Below are positions 29,907 through 41,022 of a stretch of DNA of 64,000 bases, piece after piece. This stretch comes from an uncultured Gemmatimonadales bacterium. GTDB lineage: Bacteria; Gemmatimonadota; Gemmatimonadetes; Gemmatimonadales; GWC2-71-9. The position numbers were made by a program, and so were the translations under genes. The stretch spans positions 27,500-91,499 of the forward strand of contig CAWJOB010000001.1 of assembly GCA_963844445.1 (NCBI GenBank), written 5' to 3'. Positions within the stretch are counted from its first letter, which is position 1; each line of letters starts with the position of its first letter. The notes beneath the pieces were generated by a model, which did not search any database, had not been told where the DNA came from, and saw only the letters and a program-made list of their open reading frames with translations.

Positions 29907-31670
29907 TCATGCTACCGCGTTCCGTCCCGCGGCCTTGGCGCGGTACAGCGCGCGGTCGGCCGACACCAGCAGGTCCACCTCCGCCGGCTCCTTCGGATCG
30001 AACTCCGCCAGCCCGATGCTCACCGTGATCAGCCCCGGCGGATAGCCCATCCGGCGGCCGGTGCCCTCGATCCCCGCGCGCAGCGCCTCCGCCACCCGCG
30101 CCCCGCCCTCCAGGTCGGTGCGGGTGAGGATCACCACGAACTCGTCGCCGCCGTACCGGGCCGCCACGTCCGAGGCGCGGACCGCGTTCCGGATCTCGCC
30201 CGCCACCGCGCGGAGAATGTCGTTCCCCGCCTCGTGGCCGTACTGGTCGTTCACTTCCTTGAAGCGGTCCAGGTCGAGGAAGAGGACCGCGAACCCCTCG
30301 TCGCTGCGCTTGCTGCGCTCGATCTCGAACGCCAGCTGGTCCCGCAGCACCCGGTAGGTGCTCAAGCCCGGTCATGGGCGTCCACCGCCGCCGCCCGCTG
30401 CGCCTCGTCCGCCCGGCGCTCCTGGAACGGGGTGCACTGCCGCATGCTCGCCCGGCCCAGCGCCGCCGCCTCCGCGAACCGCTGGCAGGTGTCGAAGCCG
30501 CAGGCCCGGCAGTCCCAGGCCCGGCCGTTGGGACCCTTGCCGATCTGCTCCAGGACCGCCGCCACCGCCTCGGGCTCCGCCTTCACCCGCCGCGGCTTGA
30601 TGGCGAAGGTGGCCCCGATGCTCGCCACCACCGAGGCGTCCACCACCGGGAACCGGCTCCGGGGCGGCTCGGTGCTCGCCACCAGCTCCCGCCGCCAGTA
30701 CAGCTCCTCGTGCGGGCCCGACAGCGGATGGTCCAGCGCCCCCTCCGTCGAGAGGATGTCCACGAAGCCGAGGTCCATCCGGTCCACCGCGACCGCCCGG
30801 GACAGCGCCTGGAGCGCGTCGAGGCCCCGGATCTTCCGGAACCGCCGGCTGGAGTACCGCGACTCGTCCAGCAGCGCCAGCGGCAGCCCGCCCGCCGTGC
30901 TCAGGTGCCGCCGCCGCTCCTCCGGCACCCGCTCGAAGAAGGTCGGCTGGGCCAGGAGGCCCACCCCACGGATCCGGAAGAGCTGCTCCAGGTCGCCGAA
31001 GGTGATCGCCGCGTCCAGGTCGCTGGTGTCCACCGGGGGACAGATCCCGGCATACGCGATTCTGAGTCCCGGTGCGGTACAGCGCTCGCAGGTATCGCGC
31101 CTCGGCCACCGCGGGCACCGTCACCGGCGCCAGATAGGGCACCAGCTCGGGGTACTGGGTCCGCACCGTCTCCACCACCACCGGGTCGGTGGAGCGGATC
31201 AGGGTGCCCCACGGCTCCTCTTCCAACAGCTTAAGATATTCCGCGGCAACGAGTTCGTCGCCGATGACGCCCCGGGTCACCGCCCGGAAGCCGGCGGCGT
31301 AGCAGGCGTTGATGAGCTGTTCGGGGGTGGCCGGATAGAAGTGGGCCACCGACTCCGGGCTCAGGATCAGGATCCCGTCGCCCTGCGAGGCAATGGCGAG
31401 AGCCTTGCCGATTTCGCCATTTACCTTGACCGCCCCGTGCGGACAGGCCGGGAGGCACTGGCCGCAGCGAATGCACGCTTCGTCCACCACCTGCAATAGC
31501 AGCGGCTCGTCGCCGGCCACCGCAATCGCATCGGTGGGGCACACGCGCACGCATGCCAAGCATGCGACACAGAGCTCCGCGTCGATCGCGAAATTCAAGG
31601 GTACCCTGGACAGGGGGAGTCGGGAGACCTTGGCAATTTGACGGGCCGGGCACCCGACTGTCAAGACCAC
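29907..31670 (-). CDS. Fe-S sensor diguanylate cyclase: 2x[4Fe-4S] ferredoxin + degenerate [FeFe]-hydrogenase large-subunit-like domain + C-terminal Cys-rich Fe-S motif + GGDEF; frameshifts near ~31065 and ~30375
   Basis: The ferredoxin motifs are 'CVACLACVRVCP' and 'CIRCGQCLPACP'. 'LIRSTDPVVVETVRTQYPELVPYLAP' aligns to the hydrogenase 'TSCCPGW..YPEL' region. 'CRACGFDTCQRFAEAAALGRASMRQC' follows. The GGDEF domain has 'RYGGDEFVV' and 'RASD' five residues upstream. The start codon is uncertain. Confidence 0.7.
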
Positions 31671-31737
31671 GGATGGTGTAAAACAGTGATACAGTAGAAC
31701 TTAGCCGACCGGACCCCATGCCTCTTAGACAGCTAAG

Positions 31738-33249
<1,512 letters not shown>

Positions 33250-33414
33250 GGGGGGAAAATAAGCGAGCGGACAGGCGGGCGGGCGAGGCCTTGGCCTTCG
33301 GGGCGGCGGCGCTGTAAGCCCTGGCGACAATGCCGGGGGGCAGCACATTGATTGCGACGACGTGATCGAGCTGCTGACGAACCGAAGGCGCCCTTTCGCG
33401 ATGAAAGGCAGACG

Positions 33415-34059
33415 ATGGTTACGCCAATCGACGAAGAGCCGGTCGCTCCGGAGACGGAGGAGGGCTTTCCGACAGTTCGTGACGCGTTGATCGGCCTGGC
33501 ACTCGGCCTCGGGCTACTCTATCTGGGTACCTGGTTTTCGTCCTGGTGGCTTCGGTGGCCGACCATCGGCCTCGGGGTCCTGTTCGTGCTGGTGATGACC
33601 GCATACATCGTTGCGGCCAGCTGGGAGAGGATATCGGGTCCCGCGAAGCGGGTGGTGAGCCGGGTACGCGGCCACGTCCGAACCGATCCGCAGCTTGGGA
33701 CGCTGTTCCGCGACGTCAAGTCCGAGTCGTGGGAGGGTGCCTTCGCATCTGCGAACGGAACCATCGAGCTCCTCATTTCCGGCCAGGACGAGCCCGAGCC
33801 GGCGCTGGTCGCCCGCGCGCGTGAGGTCGTCGCGGAGTTTCCGGCTCTCCAGCGTCGAGTCGATGAGTACCTCACCGGCGCGGCGGCGGAAGACGCTGAG
33901 CTCGCGGCAGAGATCAGCGCACTGCGGGTTTCGAGCCTGCATTTCTATTGGCCCGAGCGGCCCGACGAGGTCGAGATCGAGTTCGAGATGGGGCCGGACG
34001 AAAAGTACTGGACCTGCATCTACGCGGGCGGCGAGCTGAAGGATCTGAACTTCGACTGA
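33415..34059 (+). CDS. Hypothetical membrane protein (2 TM helices + cytoplasmic domain)
   Basis: It starts at ATG 33415. The TM helices are 'ALIGLALGLGLLYLGTWF' and 'TIGLGVLFVLVMTAYIVAA'. The C-terminus is '...LHFYWPERPDEVEIEFEMGPDEKYWTCIYAGGELKDLNFD'. Confidence 0.5.
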   Translation: MVTPIDEEPVAPETEEGFPTVRDALIGLALGLGLLYLGTWFSSWWLRWPTIGLGVLFVLVMTAYIVAASWERISGPAKRVVSRVRGHVRTDPQLGTLFRDVKSESWEGAFASANGTIELLISGQDEPEPALVARAREVVAEFPALQRRVDEYLTGAAAEDAELAAEISALRVSSLHFYWPERPDEVEIEFEMGPDEKYWTCIYAGGELKDLNFD

Positions 34060-34160
34060 TACCGTCCGATGCGGAACGCGCTGCTCGGGGTGACCGCGCC
34101 TTGCTGGCGTCGGGCCGGAGATCGACGCAGATTCACAGCACCTCCTCCGCCGCGGTACGA

Positions 34161-36785
34161 GTGACCGCACCACCGTCGCAGATCACCGATGCACTCCGGG
34201 ACCGCTACGTGCTCGAGCGCGAGCTCGGCGCGGGCGGGATGGCGACCGTCTACCTGGCCCAGGACGTCAAGCACCATCGCAAAGTGGCACTCAAGGTGCT
34301 CCGCGCGGAGCTCGCCGCGGTGATCGGGGCCAAGCGCTTCCTTCAGGAGATCGAGACCACCGCCAACCTCCAGCATCCCCACATCCTCCCCCTGCACGAC
34401 TCGGGGGAGGTCGGTGGCACCGCATTCTACGTCATGCCCTACGTGGAAGGCGAGTCGCTCCGCGACGGTCTGAGGCGGGACAAGCAGCTCCCCATCGAGG
34501 TGGCGGTCCGGATCGCCACGGAGGTGGCGAGCGCGCTCGACTATGCACACCGGAAGGGCGTGATCCACCGCGACATCAAGCCGGAGAACATCCTGCTGCA
34601 CGAGGGGCAGGCGCTGGTGGCCGACTTCGGTATCGCGCTCGCCCTGAGCACCGCCGGCGGCACTCGGATGACCGAGACCGGCCTCAGTCTTGGCACCCCG
34701 CACTACATGAGCCCGGAACAGGCCATGGGCGAGCGGGAGATCACCGGGCGCTCGGATGTCTACGCCCTGGGCTGCGTGCTCTACGAGATGCTCACCGGGG
34801 ACCCGCCGTTCATCGGCTCGACCGCCCAGGCGATCGTGGCCCAGGTGGTGACGGAGGCGCCCCGGCGGCTCATTCCCCGGCGGCACACCATTCCGCCTCA
34901 CCTCGAGGCGGCGGTGCTGCGGGCGTTGGAGAAGCTCCCGGCCGATCGGTTCGCGTCTCCGGCCGACTTCGCGCGGGCGCTCCAGGTGCCGGGAGAGCCC
35001 ACTCAGGTGGCCGCATCCCGAGCCCGCCGGCGGGTCCCCCGGGCAGCCCTCACCTGGATCGCGGGCGCCGCCGTGGCACTGCTCCTGATGGGTGGGGCGA
35101 TCTGGTATCTCACGGGTTCGCGCGGTGGCACACGGCCCCTGGTCGCGAGCCTTCTGCCGCCGGCCGGCTGCGTGTTCGGTGAGGTGACCACCAGAAATCT
35201 GGTCCAGCTCTCACCCGATGGCCGCACGCTGGCCTTCATCGCCGCCTGCGGCGAGGACCAGTCCATCTGGATCCGCTCGCTCGACACCGGTGAGAGCCGC
35301 CGGCTCGCCGGCACGGCGGGAGCGCTCTATCCGTTCTGGGCACCGGACGGCCGCAGCCTCGGCTTCTTCGCGGCGGAACGGCTGAAGCGGATCGACCTCG
35401 AGGGAGGGGCAATCCGTGACCTGGCGCCTGCCCCGGACGGCCGGGGCGGGAGCTGGAGCCGCTCCGGGACGATCCTGTATGCGCCGGACGTGTCCGGCGC
35501 GCTCTACCAGGTATCGGCCGCGGGCGGGAATCCGGAGCCTGCCACGCGCCTCCCGGAAGACACGGACACCGTGACCCACCGGCTGCCTCATTTCTTGCCT
35601 GATGGCAAGCACTTCCTGTTCAGTCGCGGGTCGGGGGTCGGGGCGAAGGGCGAGCTGATGGGAGGCACGCTGGGTTCCTCGGAAACCCGCCAGCTACTCG
35701 ATCATGCGTCCAACGTCACCTACGCCGATGGCTTCCTCTTCTACGCCCACGATGGCGTACTCCTCTCCCAACCGTTCGACCCGGACGCTTTGCAGTTCAG
35801 AGGAACTGCGATCGCCTTGGCGCCAGCCATCGAATCCTGGCCTTTCCGATTTCTGGGCAACTATTCGTATGCCCGCGGACGGCTGGTGTACCGGGAGGCG
35901 GCCCTGCCCGAAGCCCGCCTCGAGTGGTTGGATCCGAGCACCGGCGCCAGGACCACGCTGCTGGAACGGGGGCCCTACACCGCGATGCGCCTCTCGCCCG
36001 ACGGACGGCGGCTCCTGGTGGCGCGGCCCGAAGGCCGGAGCTCCCTGGAAAACGTCTGGTTGTACGAGCCGGTCCAGGGTGGCTGGAGCCGGCTCTCCCG
36101 AGAGGCCCAAGTCCAGTACCACTTCGCCTGGTGGCCGGGCGGTCGCCGGGTCGTCCTCCAGGCAGAGAACGACTCGTCCGTCCGATTCCTCTCCCTCGAT
36201 GGCGGGGAGCTGGAGACCGCCACCCCGGCTCGCAGCGATGCTCCAATCCTGGCCGATTGGGCGCCTGATGGGTCCTATGCCCTCGGTCACCGCCAGGCTC
36301 GGGAGACCGGCTTCGATCTCATTCGATGGAGCGGGGTGCGGGACAGTATGCGCATCCAAGTGCTCTACGCCACCCCGGCGAACGAGCAGTTTCCGCGGGT
36401 CTCTCCGGATGGCCGGTATGTCGCGTATCTCTCGGACCAGAGTGGCCGCAACGAGGTGTACCTCGCCCAACTGCCGGCCGCGACCACCCAGCTCCAGGTG
36501 TCCCTTGCCGGTGTCGAGGGAGGTGCGCGCGGTCCGCTGGCCTGGAGCCGGCAAGGGCGAGCGCTGTATTTTCTCGGCCCCGGCGGCACCCTGCTCTCGG
36601 TACCGGTGGTCACCTCGCCGGAGCTTCGCATTGGCAAACCCACCCCGGTCCCGGGCGCCCCGGCGCATATCGGCGCCCTCGAGGCCGCCTCCGACGGCCG
36701 ACTCCTGCTGCTGTACGATGACCAGTCTGCGGCGGCGCCGCTGACCCTGGTCGAGAACTGGACGGCCCGGCTGCAGACTCGCTGA
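34161..36785 (+). CDS. Ser/Thr protein kinase with TM helix and TolB-like beta-propeller (PD40/WD40-like) periplasmic domain
   Basis: It has 'GAGGMATVYLA', 'VALKVL', 'HRDIKPEN', 'DFGIA' and 'GTPHYMSPEQ'. Then come the TM 'WIAGAAVALLLMGGAIWYL' and repeated 'SPDGR..AF' propeller motifs. The ORF is intact. Confidence 0.85.
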   Translation: MTAPPSQITDALRDRYVLERELGAGGMATVYLAQDVKHHRKVALKVLRAELAAVIGAKRFLQEIETTANLQHPHILPLHDSGEVGGTAFYVMPYVEGESLRDGLRRDKQLPIEVAVRIATEVASALDYAHRKGVIHRDIKPENILLHEGQALVADFGIALALSTAGGTRMTETGLSLGTPHYMSPEQAMGEREITGRSDVYALGCVLYEMLTGDPPFIGSTAQAIVAQVVTEAPRRLIPRRHTIPPHLEAAVLRALEKLPADRFASPADFARALQVPGEPTQVAASRARRRVPRAALTWIAGAAVALLLMGGAIWYLTGSRGGTRPLVASLLPPAGCVFGEVTTRNLVQLSPDGRTLAFIAACGEDQSIWIRSLDTGESRRLAGTAGALYPFWAPDGRSLGFFAAERLKRIDLEGGAIRDLAPAPDGRGGSWSRSGTILYAPDVSGALYQVSAAGGNPEPATRLPEDTDTVTHRLPHFLPDGKHFLFSRGSGVGAKGELMGGTLGSSETRQLLDHASNVTYADGFLFYAHDGVLLSQPFDPDALQFRGTAIALAPAIESWPFRFLGNYSYARGRLVYREAALPEARLEWLDPSTGARTTLLERGPYTAMRLSPDGRRLLVARPEGRSSLENVWLYEPVQGGWSRLSREAQVQYHFAWWPGGRRVVLQAENDSSVRFLSLDGGELETATPARSDAPILADWAPDGSYALGHRQARETGFDLIRWSGVRDSMRIQVLYATPANEQFPRVSPDGRYVAYLSDQSGRNEVYLAQLPAATTQLQVSLAGVEGGARGPLAWSRQGRALYFLGPGGTLLSVPVVTSPELRIGKPTPVPGAPAHIGALEAASDGRLLLLYDDQSAAAPLTLVENWTARLQTR

Positions 36786-36838
36786 GAGGGCGGCTCCGGC
36801 TAGTTGTGGGGATCACGTTTTGGATGGAGGAGGTTCCC

Positions 36839-37390
36839 ATGCTGGGTAGAACCATCATCGTGCTGCTCGTGGGTCTGGCCGGCGTCGCAAGCGCGCAGGA
36901 AACACCGGTACGGGTGTATCCAAGAGAGCGCCTGATGTCGCTCACCGCCGGGGTGGGCAACGCCATGGGCTGGTTCGGTGCACAGGGCGAACGCTATTTC
37001 CTGGACGAGCGGCTCTCGATCTTCCTGGGCGTGGGGTACACCCCGCAGATCGACCCGGGCGATCCCACCGGCCCCACCTTCGCGGCAGGACTTCGCAGCT
37101 TCACGTCGGGCCTGAAGCACCGCCTCTTCCTGGAGGCCTCGGCCTCTCAAGTGCAGGTGGAAACCGAGGGCGCCGACGGCGGCAGGCGGCTCTACGGGCC
37201 GGGGCTTCAGGCGGGTTACCAGTTCGTCTCCGTCGGCGGGTTCACGGCGATGGTGTCGGTCGGCGCGGGGTATGCCCTGGGAGTCCCTCGCGGCGGAGAC
37301 CCGTGGGCGACGCAGGTCGGATTGGGCCTGGGCTATACCTGGCGCCGGCCGGCGAAGGCGTCAGGGCCGTTCGACCGGCGGCGGATGTAG
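36839..37390 (+). CDS. Small secreted beta-barrel-like protein, hypothetical
   Basis: It starts at ATG 36839 with GGAGGAGG upstream and the signal peptide 'MLGRTIIVLLVGLAGVASAQ'. Its segments are Gly/aromatic-rich and alternating. Confidence 0.5.
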   Translation: MLGRTIIVLLVGLAGVASAQETPVRVYPRERLMSLTAGVGNAMGWFGAQGERYFLDERLSIFLGVGYTPQIDPGDPTGPTFAAGLRSFTSGLKHRLFLEASASQVQVETEGADGGRRLYGPGLQAGYQFVSVGGFTAMVSVGAGYALGVPRGGDPWATQVGLGLGYTWRRPAKASGPFDRRRM

Positions 37391-37398
37391 GCAGAAGG

Positions 37399-38022
37399 AT
37401 GACCACCGACCCCGAGAAGCATTGGGAAACCATCTATCGAACGCAGGCCCCCACCGAAGTAAGCTGGTACCAGCCCGAGCCTCGCGTCTCATTGGACCTG
37501 ATCCGCCGCGTCGCATCCGACCTCGACGCCCCGATCATCGACGTGGGCGGCGGCGCCTCGCTGCTGGTGGATGGTCTGTTGGACGCGGGCTACCGCGATG
37601 TCACGGTCCTCGACCTCGCCCCGACCGCGCTCGCCCTCGCCCGGCAGCGGCTCGGTGAACGGGCCGACCGGGTGACGTGGATGGCGGCGAACGTGATCAC
37701 GACATCGCTCCCCGCCGCGAGGTATGCGGTGTGGCATGACCGGGCCGTGTTTCACTTTCTTCTCGACCCTGCCGATCGCTCGCGCTACGTCGCCCAGACG
37801 CGCCGCTCGGTACGCTCGGGCGGTCACGCCATCGTGGCGAGCTTCAGCCCCGAGGGGCCGCCGAGGTGCAGCGGCCTCGAGGTGGTGCGCTACTCGCCTG
37901 ACGCGATGCACGCCGAGTTCGGGAATGGCTTTCGTCTGCTGGACACCGTACGGGAGGACCACCAGACGCCCTCCGGCGCGACCCAGGCGTTCGTCTACTG
38001 CCTCTGCCGTGTGGACGGCTGA
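37399..38022 (+). CDS. Class I SAM-dependent methyltransferase
   Basis: It has motif I 'IIDVGGGASLL', followed by 'DVTVLDLAPTAL' and 'AVFHFL'. Confidence 0.8.
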   Translation: MTTDPEKHWETIYRTQAPTEVSWYQPEPRVSLDLIRRVASDLDAPIIDVGGGASLLVDGLLDAGYRDVTVLDLAPTALALARQRLGERADRVTWMAANVITTSLPAARYAVWHDRAVFHFLLDPADRSRYVAQTRRSVRSGGHAIVASFSPEGPPRCSGLEVVRYSPDAMHAEFGNGFRLLDTVREDHQTPSGATQAFVYCLCRVDG

Positions 38023-38283
38023 GGAGTAGTTGGAACGCTTGCGACCACCCACCCTCACGGGTATTGTTCCGCCGCTTCCCTAGCAGAGCCCACACCCCGG
38101 AAGACCCGTCTCAGGGTCGTCCACCAAGTCTCTCGGGCAACGAGCTCCGACGTCACGACCGGATCTTTTCAGTCGCCGCCTTTCCGGGCAGCCGCATGCT
38201 CATGCGCGCCCGGAACGGGCAGCCGGCGATTCGCTCTCTTGCAGCTCATGCCTTTGGTAAGTCCCCCGGACTTGGAGACCCGC

Positions 38284-39132
38284 ATGTCACACCGTCCCTG
38301 GCTCGCTCCCGTGGTACTCTTGTGTCTCACCTCAGCGCCGGCCGTTGCCGCCGCGCAGGAGGCCTCCCCTGACCTGTCCCCGCCGAAGGTGCTCCAGATC
38401 TTCGTGGAGTCGGTGAAGCCCGGAAAGGGCGCCGCCCACGAAAAAGTCGAGACCGGCTGGCCCGCGGCCTTCCGCAAGGCCAAATGGCCGACCCGCTACC
38501 TGGGCATGACCTCGATGAGCGGATCGGGTGAGGCGTGGTTCCTGTCGGGCTACGATTCCTTCGCCGCCCTGGAGGCCGACAACGCGAACGTGGAGAAGAA
38601 CCCGGTATTGGCGCGGGAGCTCGAGCGCCTCTCGCAGGCGGACGGGGACATGCTCTCGGCCACCCGCGGCGTCCTCGCCAGCTACCGCCCGGACCTGAGC
38701 TACCGGCCCGACATCGACGTGGGCTCGATGCGCTACTTCGCCCTCACCATCATCACCCTGAAGCCGGGGTACGACAGCGCCTACGCGGACGTCAGGAAGC
38801 TGGTCAACGCCGCGCACGACAAGGCGAGCATGGACGAGCACTGGGCCATGTACCAGGTCGCGTCCGGCATGCCCGGGTCCACCTACCTGCTGCTGATTCC
38901 GATGAAGTCGCTGCAAGAGGCGGATGCGGCCAAGGAGAGCCACGGCAAGGCCTACGGTGACGCGCTCGGCGAATCGGGCCGGTCGCAGCTTCGGGAGTTC
39001 GCCCGCACCGGCATCGAGTCCACCGACTCGAAGCTCTTCGCCTTCAGCCCCAAGATGAGCTATCCCAGGGACGAATGGGTGGCGAAGGACCCGAAGTTCT
39101 GGGCGCCCAAGGCGGTGACGGCAGCGAAGTAG
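38284..39132 (+). CDS. Secreted hypothetical protein
   Basis: It starts at ATG 38284 with the signal peptide 'MSHRPWLAPVVLLCLTSAPAVAAAQ'. The ORF is intact and I recognise no family. Confidence 0.5.
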   Translation: MSHRPWLAPVVLLCLTSAPAVAAAQEASPDLSPPKVLQIFVESVKPGKGAAHEKVETGWPAAFRKAKWPTRYLGMTSMSGSGEAWFLSGYDSFAALEADNANVEKNPVLARELERLSQADGDMLSATRGVLASYRPDLSYRPDIDVGSMRYFALTIITLKPGYDSAYADVRKLVNAAHDKASMDEHWAMYQVASGMPGSTYLLLIPMKSLQEADAAKESHGKAYGDALGESGRSQLREFARTGIESTDSKLFAFSPKMSYPRDEWVAKDPKFWAPKAVTAAK

Positions 39133-39179
39133 CAGGGGGGTAACGGTTCCGGGGGCCCGCGGCGTGCTACATTGGAGCC

Positions 39180-41015
39180 GTGGCCGTGGATCTCCGGGAC
39201 CAGCTCCAGCACTCGCTCGGCGATGCCTACCGGATCGAGCGCGAGCTCGGCGGCGGCGGGATGTCCCGCGTCTTCCTGGCGCTGGAGACGTCGCTCGAGC
39301 GCCAGGTCGTCGTCAAGGTATTGCTGCCCGAGCTGGCGGCCGGGGTGAGCGTCGAACGGTTCCGCCGCGAGATCTACCTCGCCGCCCAGCTCCAGCATCC
39401 CCACATCGTTCCCCTCCTCGCCGCCGGCGAGTCGGTCGGCCTGCCCTACTTCACCATGCCGTACGTGGACGGCGAGTCGCTGCGCGCCCGCCTGCTCCGC
39501 GACGGTGACCTACCGGTGGCCGAATCGATCCGGGTGCTGCGCGACGTCGCCTCCGCGCTGGGCTACGCCCACACCCGGGGCGTGGTGCACCGCGACATCA
39601 AGCCCGACAACGTGCTGCTCTCCCACGGCGTGGCCGTGGTCACCGACTTCGGCGTGGCCAAGGCGCTCACCGTCAGCAGCGAGCCGGAATCGCCCCTCAA
39701 GAGCCACAGGATCACCTCGATGGGCGTGACCCTCGGCACCCCGGCCTACATGGCGCCGGAGCAGGGCGCGGCCGACCCGGCGATGGACCACCGGGTGGAC
39801 CTCTACTCCTTCGGGGTCATGGGGTACGAGATCCTGACGGGCCAGACGCCCTTCACCGGGCGGAGCCCGCAGGCGATGCTCGGCGCCCACATCGTGGCGC
39901 TGCCGGAGCCGGTGGCGTCCCGCCGCCCCGGCATGCCGCCGCTGCTGGCCAACCTGATCATGAAGTGCCTGGAGAAGCGCCCGTCCGACCGGCCGCAGAC
40001 CGCGGGCGAGATCATGAACGCGCTCGACATGCTGTCCACGCCGAGCGGCGGCACGGTGCCGATCACCGCGGTGCGGAGCTCGCAGTCCGGAGCGCTGTGG
40101 ACGGAAGCCGCGGCCCCCACCCGGCGCAGCCTCGGGCTTCTGGCGGCGGCGCTGGTCGTGCTGGGTGGCGCGGCGCTGTGGGCCTGGCCCCGGTGGGCCG
40201 AGCCGCCGGCGCCGCCGGCCGAACCGGAGACCGCGATCGCGACGCCCACGCCGGCGCCCGCGCCGGCCGCGGAGCCTCCGGTGGCACTGCCCGCGCCGCC
40301 GCGCACGCCTTCGCCACGAGTCGAGCGGCGGCGCCCCCTGCCCGCCCCTCCGTCCGCATCGACCTCATCGGCCAGGGAGGACTCCGCGCTGGTGGTCCGG
40401 CTCCGGGAGCAGGCGGCGGGCGCCCGCACGCGCGCCGTCGCCGGAGGTGTCGGCGACACGGTGATCGCACGGGGCGACTCGAGCGTCGCGCGGGCCGAGT
40501 CGCTCGCGGCCCAGGGGCACGCCGCAGAGGCGGCGGCGCAGCTCTCCAGCGCCACGACGCTCTGGTCGAGCGCCGCGGAGGCGGCGCGGCAACCGCCGGC
40601 GCGCTTCCAGTCGCCCGAGACCACCTCGGCTCCTACTCCGGCCCCGGCACCGGCACCGGCCAAGGACACCACCCCTCTCCCCGCTCCGGACCCGGCGATG
40701 CAGATCCGGGTCCTGTTCGAGGAGTACGGGGCCGGGATCGAGGCGCGGAGCGTCGAGGCGATTCGGCGGGCCTACCCCGGCCTGTCGCCGGAGCGGGCCC
40801 GCGAGTGGGAGGAGTTCTTCAAGGGAGTGACCGACGTCCGGGTGGACCTGAACGTGGCCGGCCTGAAGGTGAACGGCGACGCGGCCGAGGCGCGGCTCAC
40901 CGGGGTCTACGTCTTCGACAACCCGAGCACCCATCGAACCCAGCGCGAGCCCGTGGACTTCCAGGCGTCGCTGCGGCGGGTGGGCAATCGGTGGCGCATC
41001 ACGTCGCTGCGCTGA
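39180..41015 (+). CDS. Ser/Thr protein kinase with Pro/Ala-rich linker and C-terminal NTF2/SnoaL-like domain
   Basis: It has 'GGGGMSRVFLA', 'HRDIKPDN', 'DFGVA' and 'GTPAYMAPEQ'. The TM is 'LGLLAAALVVLGGAALWAW'. The C-terminus is 'IRVLFEEYGAGIEARSVEAIRRAYPGLS...NRWRITSL'. Confidence 0.85.
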   Translation: MAVDLRDQLQHSLGDAYRIERELGGGGMSRVFLALETSLERQVVVKVLLPELAAGVSVERFRREIYLAAQLQHPHIVPLLAAGESVGLPYFTMPYVDGESLRARLLRDGDLPVAESIRVLRDVASALGYAHTRGVVHRDIKPDNVLLSHGVAVVTDFGVAKALTVSSEPESPLKSHRITSMGVTLGTPAYMAPEQGAADPAMDHRVDLYSFGVMGYEILTGQTPFTGRSPQAMLGAHIVALPEPVASRRPGMPPLLANLIMKCLEKRPSDRPQTAGEIMNALDMLSTPSGGTVPITAVRSSQSGALWTEAAAPTRRSLGLLAAALVVLGGAALWAWPRWAEPPAPPAEPETAIATPTPAPAPAAEPPVALPAPPRTPSPRVERRRPLPAPPSASTSSAREDSALVVRLREQAAGARTRAVAGGVGDTVIARGDSSVARAESLAAQGHAAEAAAQLSSATTLWSSAAEAARQPPARFQSPETTSAPTPAPAPAPAKDTTPLPAPDPAMQIRVLFEEYGAGIEARSVEAIRRAYPGLSPERAREWEEFFKGVTDVRVDLNVAGLKVNGDAAEARLTGVYVFDNPSTHRTQREPVDFQASLRRVGNRWRITSLR

Positions 41016-41022
41016 TCCGCCC

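Noticed and set aside
31671-31737. A sigma-54 (-24 GG / -12 GC) promoter in front of the Fe-S-GGDEF gene. A second candidate lies at 33337-33356 in front of 33415.
   Set aside because: The best candidates ('AGGCATGGGGTCCGG' and 'GGGCAGCACATTGAT') lack the conserved TTGC -12 element at the correct 12-nt spacing. They are not supportable by eye.
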